From Halobacteriovorax marinus (GTDB taxonomy: Bacteria; Bdellovibrionota; Bacteriovoracia; Bacteriovoracales; Bacteriovoracaceae), in NCBI GenBank assembly GCA_002163155.1, contig MAAO01000005.1:167874-231873 (forward strand): a stretch of DNA of 64,000 bases, given 5' to 3'. Below the pieces are notes generated by a model. The model made no database searches, was not told the origin of the DNA, and saw only the letters and a list, made by a program, of their open reading frames with translations. Each line of letters opens with the position of its first letter. Position 1 is the first letter of the stretch. Positions 17,353 to 26,980 of the stretch are shown here, piece by piece. The position numbers and the translations under genes are program-made.

Positions 17353-18044
17353 TAAAAGGTAAAATCCTCATCGTTGAGGATGAAAAAAATCTTGGAACAA
17401 CTCTCCAAGAATATTTAAATGGTCTAGGACATGAGTGTCAGTTGGCCACAACAGGTGAAGAAGCAAGATCTCTCTTTAGAGAGTCTAGTCCTGAAATCAT
17501 TCTGATGGACATTGGTCTTCCCGATGCGAATGGGTTAGATCTAGCGCGCGAATTTAGAAAAGAGCGAAAAGACTTTGTTCTACTCTTCTTATCAGCACTC
17601 AATGATCCTGAGATACGCGTAGAAGGTTTAGAAATAGGTGCAGAAGATTATATAACTAAACCATTTGCCCTAAAAGAATTAGTCTTAAGACTTAATAGAA
17701 TACTGATACATCAAGATGACAAGAGACTCGTCCCTGACGAATTGAGCTTTGGTGATTTAAAAATATGGTTTAAGAAGTTCGAAGTTGAAAATGGTGAAGG
17801 GCAAATTCAGGCCTTATCGCAAAAAGAATGTTCCATCTTGCAGCTTCTGTTAAATAATCAGAATGAGGCCACTACAAGAGAGCAAATTATCGAAAAGGTT
17901 TGGGGAGCTGATAAATTCCCTTCGAATCGCACAGTAGATAACTATATTGTGACGCTGAGAAAGTGGTGTGATTCATCAAAAGATAAAGTTTTAGAAATAA
18001 AAAGTATAAGAGGAATTGGCTATAAACTAGTCATAAATAAATAG
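17349..18044 (+). CDS. OmpR-family response regulator
   Basis: ILIVEDE, LMDIGLPD, DYITKPF, RTVDNYI and RGIGYK motifs; ATGA overlap with the kinase. Confidence 0.94.
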   Translation: MIKGKILIVEDEKNLGTTLQEYLNGLGHECQLATTGEEARSLFRESSPEIILMDIGLPDANGLDLAREFRKERKDFVLLFLSALNDPEIRVEGLEIGAEDYITKPFALKELVLRLNRILIHQDDKRLVPDELSFGDLKIWFKKFEVENGEGQIQALSQKECSILQLLLNNQNEATTREQIIEKVWGADKFPSNRTVDNYIVTLRKWCDSSKDKVLEIKSIRGIGYKLVINK

Positions 18045-18052
18045 AGGGAATT

Positions 18053-19093
18053 ATGGGATTATTTGACGACAGAACAATGACAAATGGAAAGACAGGAGTA
18101 CCTGTTTGGTTTATGAGACAGGCCGGAAGATACCACTCTCACTACCAAAATATTAAAAAAGATTCGGACTTTATGACAATGTGTAAGACACCAAGTCTTG
18201 CCAACGATATTACTCACGGACCAATCGACGATTTTGGTTTTGATGCGGCCATACTCTTTTCAGATCTACTCTTTCCTCTTGAACAATTGGGAATGGGACT
18301 TAGCTATAAGAGTGGACCTCCTACTCTTGAGAGAAGAATTCATACTTTAAAAGATTTAGATCTTATTAAAGCAACGACTCCTGCGAAGGAATTTTATAAA
18401 TTTCAAAAAGATGCCTGTTCTCTTTTAAGAGCAAGTCTTGCACCAGAAAAGACTCTACTAGGTTTTGTTGGAGCTCCATTTACGCTCTATTCATATGCAG
18501 CCGAAGGGAGTCACGCAGGTAACCTTACAAGTTCAAAACTAGGACTCTATGATGGAAGATTCCAAGGATTCCTAGAAAAGTTACTTCCTGAGCTTGTAGA
18601 AAACATGACTCAACAGGTGGAAGGTGGAGCCGATGCCATGTGCCTTTTTGACACTGCTGTTGGTGAATTACACATTAGAGATTATAAGAAATACATTATC
18701 CCAGCGCTAAAATCTGTGACTAAGGCCTTTAAGGCGAAGCATCCGGATAAGAAAATTATTTATTATTCAAAACTTACTCACATCAATTACTTGCACGCAA
18801 TAGAAGATGAGAACATTGATGTTCTAGGTGTAGATTGGAGAATGGATCTTTCAATGGCGCTTAATGAACTTGGAAAAGATTATTACGTACAAGGAAACTT
18901 TGATCCAAGCTGGTTACACCTACCTTGGGAACATGTTGAAACTAACTTACAGCACATGTGGCAAGACCTACAAGATGGTAATGTCCCTTTTGAAAAATGG
19001 ATTTGTGGTCTAGGACACGGAGTTCTACAACATACACCAGAAGATAACGTTAGAAATGCAGTCAAATATATTCACGAGAACTTTCTCTACTAG
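18053..19093 (+). CDS. hemE: Uroporphyrinogen decarboxylase
   Basis: PVWFMRQAGRY, DAAILFSD, LGFVGAPFTL, QGNFDP, GLGHGV. Confidence 0.96.
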   Translation: MGLFDDRTMTNGKTGVPVWFMRQAGRYHSHYQNIKKDSDFMTMCKTPSLANDITHGPIDDFGFDAAILFSDLLFPLEQLGMGLSYKSGPPTLERRIHTLKDLDLIKATTPAKEFYKFQKDACSLLRASLAPEKTLLGFVGAPFTLYSYAAEGSHAGNLTSSKLGLYDGRFQGFLEKLLPELVENMTQQVEGGADAMCLFDTAVGELHIRDYKKYIIPALKSVTKAFKAKHPDKKIIYYSKLTHINYLHAIEDENIDVLGVDWRMDLSMALNELGKDYYVQGNFDPSWLHLPWEHVETNLQHMWQDLQDGNVPFEKWICGLGHGVLQHTPEDNVRNAVKYIHENFLY

Positions 19094-20358
19094 TGTTGGA
19101 TAATCTCAAAGAGCTTCTTTTAAATTTTCATGCTCCGGGTAGACGCTATAGTTACTACCCGGCCCTCCCTAGTTGGAAACATAAGTTTACTCAAGATGAA
19201 GTACTCTCTTCTATGAATTTAAAAGAAGTAGACCTCTATATTCATCTCCCCTTTTGCGAAAACCTTTGTACCTTTTGTGGTTGTAATATAAAGGTCACAA
19301 AAGATAGATCACAATTCAAAGACTATATAGATCTAATCTTAAAAGAGTGGAAAGAGTATCAAACCCTTTCAAATGAGCTGGTCATTAATTCAATCTATTT
19401 AGGAGGAGGAACTCCTACCTATCTAAATGAAACTGAACTTAATTATCTAATGGAAGGAATATTTAAAAACGTTAAGGTTAGTGAAAATTTTAAAGGAACA
19501 GTTGAAAGTGACCCCAGGGTTGATCAGAAACTTCAACTTAGGGCCCTTGCAAACTATGGATTTAAAAATATTAGTCTAGGAGTGCAAGATCTTGATGAGA
19601 GAACTCTCTCCAATGTAAATAGACATCAGCATACAACAGATATTTTTAAAACAATTAATACAGCGAGAGAAGAAAACTTCGAGTTTATCAATATCGATTT
19701 AATCTACGGGTTACCTTTTCAGACAAAGAAGTCGTTTGAAAATACTGCGACAAAAATTCTCGAGCTCGCTCCTACTAGTATATCCAACTATCCTCTCGCT
19801 AAAGTTCCTTGGCAAACAGGTCCGCAAAATGCCTATGGCATATATGAACCTTTAAATGTTTCAGAAATGTACGACTTATATATTCTTGCAGATGATATTT
19901 TTCATAGCTCTGGATTCTCCCTATTAGGTATGGGGCACTATAGTAACTTACAAGAAAAACAATTCCGAAATATTATGGGATATACGACGAATAAGACAGT
20001 AGATCTCTTAGGCCTCGGTGTCTCTTCTCTTTCAAATGTAGGAGATATACTCTTTCAAAGAGAAAAAATCTTAGAAAAATATATGTATAATCCCTTCGCT
20101 GAGGTTATTGGTCATAGAAAATCTGAAAAAGAAATACGTCTCGAACAACTCTTTCACCAAGTCACATGTGACCATATAATAACGAAAAGCTCCCTTGCAA
20201 AAGTTATTGAGGAAGAAAGTCTTGAAAAACTTGAAAAGACGTTTTCCTATTTAACAAACAATGGACTTTTGATTGATGACAAGGAAAGTTATGCTATTTC
20301 TAAAGATGGTAAACATTTCCTAAGAACGATCTGCCAAACTATTGAAAACTTCTCTTAA
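19093..20358 (+). CDS. hemN: Oxygen-independent coproporphyrinogen III oxidase
   Basis: PGRRYSYYP, LYIHLPFCENLCTFCGC, GGGTPT, DLIYGLPFQT, RNIMGYT, GLGVSS. Confidence 0.88.
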   Translation: MLDNLKELLLNFHAPGRRYSYYPALPSWKHKFTQDEVLSSMNLKEVDLYIHLPFCENLCTFCGCNIKVTKDRSQFKDYIDLILKEWKEYQTLSNELVINSIYLGGGTPTYLNETELNYLMEGIFKNVKVSENFKGTVESDPRVDQKLQLRALANYGFKNISLGVQDLDERTLSNVNRHQHTTDIFKTINTAREENFEFINIDLIYGLPFQTKKSFENTATKILELAPTSISNYPLAKVPWQTGPQNAYGIYEPLNVSEMYDLYILADDIFHSSGFSLLGMGHYSNLQEKQFRNIMGYTTNKTVDLLGLGVSSLSNVGDILFQREKILEKYMYNPFAEVIGHRKSEKEIRLEQLFHQVTCDHIITKSSLAKVIEEESLEKLEKTFSYLTNNGLLIDDKESYAISKDGKHFLRTICQTIENFS

Positions 20359-20387
20359 AGGAAAACGGGAAGAGAGCACTCTCCCCG
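20358..20387 (-). terminator. Intrinsic terminator after the M48 peptidase
   Basis: Minus strand CGGGGAGAG-TGCT-CTCTTCCCG followed by TTTTCCTTT. Confidence 0.7.
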
Positions 20388-20399
20388 CAAACTATCAAT

Positions 20400-21809
20400 T
20401 TAATTATCTTCTTTAAAGTGACTATGAATCTCAGTTTTAATCATCTTACCAAGACCTTCAACAAAGGCCTTACCAGTGATTTCGCTTCCAAATTTCGTAT
20501 CAGCTGCAATTGCTAATAACTCTTCCTTAGCAATATCAAAGTCAGTAGTATTCGTTACATAATCAACCTTACCCTGATCATAGAATAGAGATGAAAGGTT
20601 CGCTACCTGATCGATTCTCTCGTCGTGAGTTGGATGTGAACTTGTTAACTTCTCTAAAGTTGTGGCATTTCCACTTGTAGAATTCTTTTTAAATGTTTGA
20701 AACATTTTAGCAATTCCCCATGGCTCAAAGTTTAGTCTCTGAGAGTATTGAGAACCAATTCTATCTGCTTCTAGTTCTGCTTTACGCCCTTTATTTAAAA
20801 TTGAAAGGTAAGCTCCACCAACAGCGGCAACACTTATTATATCAGCAAGAACTTTATACTTATCTTCATCTTTTACTGCGGCTACACCCTGAGCTGCTGC
20901 TGCAACTAATAAAGCAGCACCGATAGATCTCATTGAACGAGACATATTCTCAGTTCCGTGACGGGCAGTAACATGGGCCCACTCATGACCAAGAACTCCT
21001 ACTAATTCACTCTCATCTTGAACACTGTCAATGAGTCCTCTAAAGACGAAGACATATCCACCAGGAAGTGCAAAAGCATTCATAATATTAGCATTAATAA
21101 CATAGGCCTTAGGAGTAAGATCTGGCATGTCAGAGACTTGTGCAATTTTCTCCATTAAGTTTTGAATATATTCAGAAGTTGCATGATCTTGGTCTAAAAC
21201 AGATCCCTTATTCTTTGCTAAGAAATCTTCAGTAAACTCACGACCTAACTTTTCATCATCTTCAAGAGAATAAAAATTTCCTTTAAAAAATGAATCTTCA
21301 TTTGGGTTTAAATCACGAGTACCAATTTCATTTGGTCCGTAGAGGTTTAACTTCTTTCCACTACATGAAAGTAGAGAAGTAAATTTAGTGAAATCAATTA
21401 TGAGTGTTTTATCTTCTTTAGTCACTGTCATTGTGTTCTTACAATTAACTCCAGATAGGTCCTCATCATCAATTTCAACATCACCATCACTAACGACTAC
21501 TTTCTTCTCTTTAATTTTTCCCTTAAAACTTATTTCAGCTTCTGGCGAAAACTTATCATCATTAATAGTAAGTAAATTCTTATATTTGATTTTCATATAT
21601 ACTGAAGATATCTTATGAGTATCAAGGTTTATGACTTGTTCAGAATCAACTAAATCAAACTTGATTTTCTCATCACCTAATTCAAGAGAGCCTTTAAGGT
21701 TCCCAGAAACAGCTGCATTTCTCTTGATCACAATTTGATTAATTTCAACCTCATTACAGGCCGTCACTAATAACATAAGCATTAAAAGTAATGGTTTCTT
21801 CATACACAC
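20400..21809 (-). CDS. M48 family Zn metallopeptidase, probable lipoprotein
   Basis: Lipobox LVTAC; NAFALPGG, GHEWAHV (HEXXH), ELEADRIG, SHPTHDERI. Confidence 0.9.
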   Translation of the reverse strand: MCMKKPLLLMLMLLVTACNEVEINQIVIKRNAAVSGNLKGSLELGDEKIKFDLVDSEQVINLDTHKISSVYMKIKYKNLLTINDDKFSPEAEISFKGKIKEKKVVVSDGDVEIDDEDLSGVNCKNTMTVTKEDKTLIIDFTKFTSLLSCSGKKLNLYGPNEIGTRDLNPNEDSFFKGNFYSLEDDEKLGREFTEDFLAKNKGSVLDQDHATSEYIQNLMEKIAQVSDMPDLTPKAYVINANIMNAFALPGGYVFVFRGLIDSVQDESELVGVLGHEWAHVTARHGTENMSRSMRSIGAALLVAAAAQGVAAVKDEDKYKVLADIISVAAVGGAYLSILNKGRKAELEADRIGSQYSQRLNFEPWGIAKMFQTFKKNSTSGNATTLEKLTSSHPTHDERIDQVANLSSLFYDQGKVDYVTNTTDFDIAKEELLAIAADTKFGSEITGKAFVEGLGKMIKTEIHSHFKEDN

Positions 21810-22051
21810 CTCACTAAATTGATTTAAGACATCTTCTCAGAAAATAAAGTTTTTTACAGAAGGCCTGTAAGCTTTGCAGTGGGTGTATAGAATTTAAACA
21901 ATGTTAGTAGAGATAAAGACATGTGATATTAATACCTTAGCACATGTTTGTTTCCTGACACCCTTGATACTTATTACAAGTGATCTGCTTTTACTTAGCA
22001 CAAGAGTTATCTTTAAAGAGGATGAAACCTTAACAATGAAACGGAGTAATC

Positions 22052-22348
22052 ATGGTCGAATACGAAGTGACTATCAACGTGCAAGAAGAAATTTTCGATG
22101 CTTATATGATCTGGTTAAAGGATCATATTAAAGAGATGCTAACTATTGAAGGCTTCAGTGATGCTAAATACTACAACGTAGATGTGGCGAATGAGAAAAT
22201 TGTCTGTGTAAGATACTTTGTAGAATCAAAAGAGTTATTACAAAAATACTTGGATGAGACGAGCAAGAAAATGAGAAAGAGTTATAAGAATGAATTTGAA
22301 AATAAGTTTTCTATATCAAGAAGAATTTTAAATGAGGGAGACATTTAA
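22052..22348 (+). CDS. DUF4286 family protein
   Basis: YEVTINV...WLKDHIKEML..GF...Y.VES...L..Y pattern; GGAG Shine-Dalgarno. Confidence 0.7.
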   Translation: MVEYEVTINVQEEIFDAYMIWLKDHIKEMLTIEGFSDAKYYNVDVANEKIVCVRYFVESKELLQKYLDETSKKMRKSYKNEFENKFSISRRILNEGDI

Positions 22349-22362
22349 CCCCCTCAATAAAA

Positions 22363-22752
22363 TTATCTATTTAACTCTCTAGCAATATCTCTATTATTGT
22401 TATTCACACAAGAAACAAAAGAGTAAGACAGCTCATCCGTTCTAAAGTTACTACAGTTTGAAAGATAAACATTCTCAAGGTTTCTTGAAATAGTTCTATA
22501 GTTATTATTAATACAACTAACATAAGAATAACTTACAGTGTTTCCAAAATTTGAACAGTAGCTTAAGTATAGAGGCTGATCAAAATCTCTTCCCATATCT
22601 CTAAAGTTATTATTCACACAACTTGAAAAGCTAAAGCTTACTGGATCATTTCCGTAGCTAAAGTTAGAACAATGTTGTGGGTATATGTACTTGTCTTCGG
22701 CAAGAACTGTTAATGACGTTAAAACGACTAGTAAAGCTAAGATTGTTTTCAT
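22363..22752 (-). CDS. Secreted protein with three Cys-pair tandem repeats
   Basis: Signal peptide MKTILALLVVLTSLTVLA; three copies of CSNF...S(F/Y)S(F/Y)xSC(V/I)NNNxR. Confidence 0.75.
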   Translation of the reverse strand: MKTILALLVVLTSLTVLAEDKYIYPQHCSNFSYGNDPVSFSFSSCVNNNFRDMGRDFDQPLYLSYCSNFGNTVSYSYVSCINNNYRTISRNLENVYLSNCSNFRTDELSYSFVSCVNNNNRDIARELNR

Positions 22753-22810
22753 GTGTTTCTCCTATAAAGTTATCTTTATATGAGACCAAAATGAAAACCA
22801 AAAGTCAAAG

Positions 22811-24340
22811 CTAGAGTCGTTTGTAATTCAAGTGAGGCCTAAGAGTGGTATCAGTACCTAAGAGAAAAGAAGTGTAGAAAACTACCCGGTGCATCATACG
22901 ATCAGAGACTTCAAGCTTATGCTGCAAGGACCTTAGATACTCTTCCTCTAGTTGCTCTAATTGGCCATCTAAGAGTGAAATCTTCAGAAGTTCACTCAGT
23001 AGTAGTTCACTATAGAGAACTTCCTCACTGTGAGTTAAGAGACTGCTAGAGAGAGTATGAAAATTCCCAGAAACAATAGAGTCATGCTTATAGTGCATAA
23101 TCGTTTCTGAAAATTCGATCAGAAAATTATATTGATCCTGCTGCTGCATGATGAAATCTTCTTCAAAGAGAAAGTTAAACAATTCACTGGTTTTAACTTT
23201 CTTAGAAAATAAGATTTGTGATATTTGCCAATTCTTACACAACTTGGCCCTATTCCCTTTGAAAAACTCTAAAGGTTTTAGAAAGAATGAGTCATAACGA
23301 AAGGCTTCATTTAAATGTGCTTCTACTACACTTAGGTATATATAAAAGAGATCATTTGAAATTTCGTACTTGGTGTCTAACCCTTTTAAGATTTTCTCTA
23401 ACCAGAACTTTTCATTTTCATGAAACTCTTGGTCTGTCATTGAGAGTTCAAGTCCTAGGATATAACAAAGCATTCGCTGTTCATTACTAAGTCCCATTAT
23501 AACTTTTGAAATATCAGAACTTAGATACTTTCTAACACTCATCTTCTCAGGAAGACTTAAGTACTTTTTAAACCACTTCACTTCACTCTGGTCAATAGAG
23601 CTATCACAACCAATTAGATTTAATAACACAGCTGATATTTTATGAAGCGAATAAGACTCTATTGATTTTCCCTTTGCTAAGTTCTTTGAAAGATAAGAGA
23701 AGTAGAGATCGTGATTGATAGATTTAGCTAGAGCAAAACGCTTTGCGAGTTGTTCTAAGAAAACTATTTCATTATTATCTATGAGTTCATCCGAGATATG
23801 GGCCATATTCATGCCACTTAGAAAAACTTCATTCTTTGCTTGTTTACTTAATTCACCGTGAGAGAAAGACAACTCAAAATCATTTAAGATATTCTCTCTA
23901 ATAATTTCGCAATCTCCTCTCTCTAAACGAAGACAATCTGCGACCCAATTAATAAATGATATTCTAGGCATTAAACATTTCTTATCAAAGAGGGCAAGTA
24001 ACGAGAGTGCCTCATAGAAGAGCAAGAGATCTTCATAAGAATTCTCAACCATTTTCTCTAAGACGTTCTCTGTATGATGATAGTGACTTGTAATTCTTTG
24101 CTCTAATTTTGGCCATTTTCTGGTGGTTCTATTAAAACGATTGTCTTTAGCAATCCAAGTCTTGAAAGTATGATAATCAATCCCCTTACCTACACAAGAC
24201 CATTTCTTTATGATGTCCATCTCCAAATGAAATGAACTGATGAGGTATGTGAGATACTTCTCTCTCACAGACTCATTAATTTGAAAGTGATCCATGGAGA
24301 GATCTAAGAAAGTAAAAAGGGATTTTCTAACTATTTCCAT
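22811..24340 (-). CDS. Multi-TerB-like domain protein
   Basis: Repeated helical units with D-x(4)-x-x-E motifs (AHISDELIDNNE, GCDSSIDQSE, SMTDQEFHENE, LLDGQLEQLE). Confidence 0.6.
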   Translation of the reverse strand: MEIVRKSLFTFLDLSMDHFQINESVREKYLTYLISSFHLEMDIIKKWSCVGKGIDYHTFKTWIAKDNRFNRTTRKWPKLEQRITSHYHHTENVLEKMVENSYEDLLLFYEALSLLALFDKKCLMPRISFINWVADCLRLERGDCEIIRENILNDFELSFSHGELSKQAKNEVFLSGMNMAHISDELIDNNEIVFLEQLAKRFALAKSINHDLYFSYLSKNLAKGKSIESYSLHKISAVLLNLIGCDSSIDQSEVKWFKKYLSLPEKMSVRKYLSSDISKVIMGLSNEQRMLCYILGLELSMTDQEFHENEKFWLEKILKGLDTKYEISNDLFYIYLSVVEAHLNEAFRYDSFFLKPLEFFKGNRAKLCKNWQISQILFSKKVKTSELFNFLFEEDFIMQQQDQYNFLIEFSETIMHYKHDSIVSGNFHTLSSSLLTHSEEVLYSELLLSELLKISLLDGQLEQLEEEYLRSLQHKLEVSDRMMHRVVFYTSFLLGTDTTLRPHLNYKRL

Positions 24341-24342
24341 AA

Positions 24343-25296
24343 CTACTTCTTCCCCTTACTCTTACTCTTACTTTTGACCTTGCTTTTGCTCTTACTCTTC
24401 TTCTTAAGACCTTCAAAAATCTTCTCATTACCAGAGTACGCCACACTGGCGCCATAGTAGAAACAACACATGAGAAAATAGACCCAAATAAGAGCAATCA
24501 TAAAGTTTGTAAATTGACCGTAGTCTTTAATTAAATCATCTTTAAAGAATTTCACATAGACCCAATAACCACTTCTTCCGATGAGGAAACTCAAAACAAA
24601 AGTTCCTCCTCCAAGAAATGCATCTTTATTAGAAACCTTAATGGATGGGCAGTATTTATAGAACATACTAAAGAAAACAAAAGAGAGCAGTGAACTTACG
24701 AAACTATTGTGAAACAAGAGAATGAAGAATTCACCTAGAGGTAAAATCCTAACCATCTCTTGCACCGGCCCTTCTTGTCCCACAAAAACTAAGAGAACAA
24801 TGTAGAAAGTAATTCCTAACCCCGCTAGAAAAGAGCGAACATCATCCCCTAACAGACCTCCATCAGGATCAACTTTTGAGAGAATATTTATACCAAAGAC
24901 AATGGAAGTTGAAATTCCCATGGAAGCAAAAACTAAGAAGGAAAATTCCAAGAAACTAAAACCATGATTTTGCAGTTGATGATTAATAATGTTTTCTAGA
25001 TTTGAGTAGAGCCAACTGTCTACTTTTGGAAAAGAACTATGGACGATATTCATCACATAATCTCTTGCCGTGGCAGAATCTGAAATCATAAGCCCTATGA
25101 GACTGATGAAGAGTAGAATAACAGGAGCGAAACTTAAGAGTGTAAAGAAAGTCGAAGCTCCCGCAACAACTTCCCCTTTTCTTCTTTTGAATAAGAAAAG
25201 TCCCTGCACCAAACGGTACAAAATACTCTTGAAGAGATCATAGCTTTTTTTCTCAGCTAACTCTCCGAAATCACTTAGTGATCTTGCTCTTGCCAT
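24343..25296 (-). CDS. YihY/virulence factor BrkB family membrane protein
   Basis: AGASTFFTLLSFAP, FYKYCP, YGQF...IALIWVY...YGA; six or more TM helices. Confidence 0.85.
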   Translation of the reverse strand: MARARSLSDFGELAEKKSYDLFKSILYRLVQGLFLFKRRKGEVVAGASTFFTLLSFAPVILLFISLIGLMISDSATARDYVMNIVHSSFPKVDSWLYSNLENIINHQLQNHGFSFLEFSFLVFASMGISTSIVFGINILSKVDPDGGLLGDDVRSFLAGLGITFYIVLLVFVGQEGPVQEMVRILPLGEFFILLFHNSFVSSLLSFVFFSMFYKYCPSIKVSNKDAFLGGGTFVLSFLIGRSGYWVYVKFFKDDLIKDYGQFTNFMIALIWVYFLMCCFYYGASVAYSGNEKIFEGLKKKSKSKSKVKSKSKSKGKK

Positions 25297-25346
25297 GATT
25301 AAATATCGGAAATTATTGAGAAAAACTTTAGAGAGCTTTAAGAAAT

Positions 25347-25368
25347 AAAAAGGCCCTCAAAAGAGGGC
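25347..25368 (-). terminator. Intrinsic terminator after fabI
   Basis: Minus strand GCCCTC-TTTT-GAGGGC followed by CTTTTT. Confidence 0.65.
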
Positions 25369-25400
25369 GATTCATATATAAAAATAAATTTTATTATAGA

Positions 25401-26168
25401 TTAAGCACCCATAATACTAAGGCCACTATCCACATAGAGGATCTCACCAGTCACACCTGCGCCAAGAGAACTTGCTAAGAAAACTGCCGCTCCCCCAACA
25501 TCTTCAGTTGTAACATTCTTTCTAAGAGGAGCTTTCTCTTCAACGTCTTTAAGAAAATTCTTTAGACCTGGAACACCACTTGCTGCCAATGTTCTAATTG
25601 GACCTGCAGAAATACTATTCACTCTAATTCCCTCAGGACCTAAGTCATCAGCAAGGTATCTCACACTTGACTCTAGTGCAGCTTTAGCAACACCCATAAC
25701 GTTATAACCTTTTAGAACTTTAACTGATCCGTGATAAGTAAGAGCAATAACAGAAGCTCCAACATTCATCTGAGGTCTAAGTGACTGGCACAGACCAATC
25801 AAAGAGAAGGCAGAAATATCACAGGCCATTTTGAAACCTTCACGAGAAGTATCAGAAAATCTCTTCTTTAAATCTTCCTTATCAGCAAAAGCTAGTGAGT
25901 GAATTAGGATATCAAATTTTCCCCAATTCTCTTCAACAGCTTTAGAAAGTGACTCGTAGTGATCATCATTAGTCACATCCATTTCAACTAAGAAGTCCGC
26001 TCCAATTTCCTCAGAAAGTGGCTCAACTCTCTTTTTAAGAGCATCATTTAAAAAAGTCATACCAACATCGGCACCTTGAGCTTTAAGCGCTCTAGCGATT
26101 CCCCATGCAATTGATCTTTCGTTTGCTACGCCTAAGATTAAGGCCTTCTTTCCCTGTAAGAGGTTCAT
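25401..26168 (-). CDS. fabI: Enoyl-ACP reductase
   Basis: GVANERSIAWGIA, HSLAFA, ISAFSL, YNVMGVAKAALE (Yx6K), ISAGPIRTLAA, GEILYVDSG. Confidence 0.96.
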   Translation of the reverse strand: MNLLQGKKALILGVANERSIAWGIARALKAQGADVGMTFLNDALKKRVEPLSEEIGADFLVEMDVTNDDHYESLSKAVEENWGKFDILIHSLAFADKEDLKKRFSDTSREGFKMACDISAFSLIGLCQSLRPQMNVGASVIALTYHGSVKVLKGYNVMGVAKAALESSVRYLADDLGPEGIRVNSISAGPIRTLAASGVPGLKNFLKDVEEKAPLRKNVTTEDVGGAAVFLASSLGAGVTGEILYVDSGLSIMGA

Positions 26169-26263
26169 ATTTATTCCTTTGATAGTTGATTTTTAATTTC
26201 CGACAAGTTTACAAGGCCATGTTCATATACACAACGACATTTAGTAACTGGCCGCACAAATAC

Positions 26264-26980
26264 TTACTTCGGATCGAAGATATAGCCAACAGACCTAAGT
26301 GATTTAAAATACACTGGATTCTTGGGATCAGCTTCGAAATATTTTCTGAATCTTACAATAAAGTTGTCCACAGTTCTGGTAGAAGTTTCACCATCATAGC
26401 CCCAGGCCGTCTCAAGTAGCTCTTTTCTTGAAAGTGGTTGTCCAATATGAGAGATGAAAACTTGTAAGAGTTTAACCTCTTGTTCTGTAAGTTGAATGGG
26501 ATTCCCACCAACAGTGGCCACCATTTTCTTAAAATCGATGTCCACATTGGAAAAGCTATAAGTCTCTCCAATATACATTTCCACCACATGAGCACTTTGA
26601 GTTTCTTCTTTATACCAATCGGCTTTTTTTAAAAGTCGTTCAACACGAAGGAGCAGTTCATCTAAGTCAAAAGGTTTTGCAAGATAATCATCAACACCTT
26701 TATTGAGAGCTTTAACTTTATCTCTAGAAGCATCTTTAGCTGAGAGAATGAGAATAGGAATTTTCTGATCAACCTTTCTTATTTCTTCTAGAACTTTGAT
26801 TCCATCAATACCAGGTAACATAATATCTAAAAGAATAAGATCAGGTTGCCATGAAGTCCACATTTTAAGGGCTTCAATTCCGTCCTCAGCATGTTCAACA
26901 TTATGACCCTGAAGCTTTAAATTTAGTTTAAGACCTTCGGCAAGATGCTTTTCGTCTTCAACAATTAATACTTTCTTCAT
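26264..26980 (-). CDS. OmpR-family response regulator
   Basis: VLIVEDE, LLDIMLP, DDYLAKPF, TRTVDNFI, RSVGY. Confidence 0.94.
   Translation of the reverse strand: MKKVLIVEDEKHLAEGLKLNLKLQGHNVEHAEDGIEALKMWTSWQPDLILLDIMLPGIDGIKVLEEIRKVDQKIPILILSAKDASRDKVKALNKGVDDYLAKPFDLDELLLRVERLLKKADWYKEETQSAHVVEMYIGETYSFSNVDIDFKKMVATVGGNPIQLTEQEVKLLQVFISHIGQPLSRKELLETAWGYDGETSTRTVDNFIVRFRKYFEADPKNPVYFKSLRSVGYIFDPK

Noticed and set aside
21901-22131. 76-aa plus-strand ORF
   Set aside because: It overlaps the DUF4286 gene out of frame, has no clear SD and no motif.
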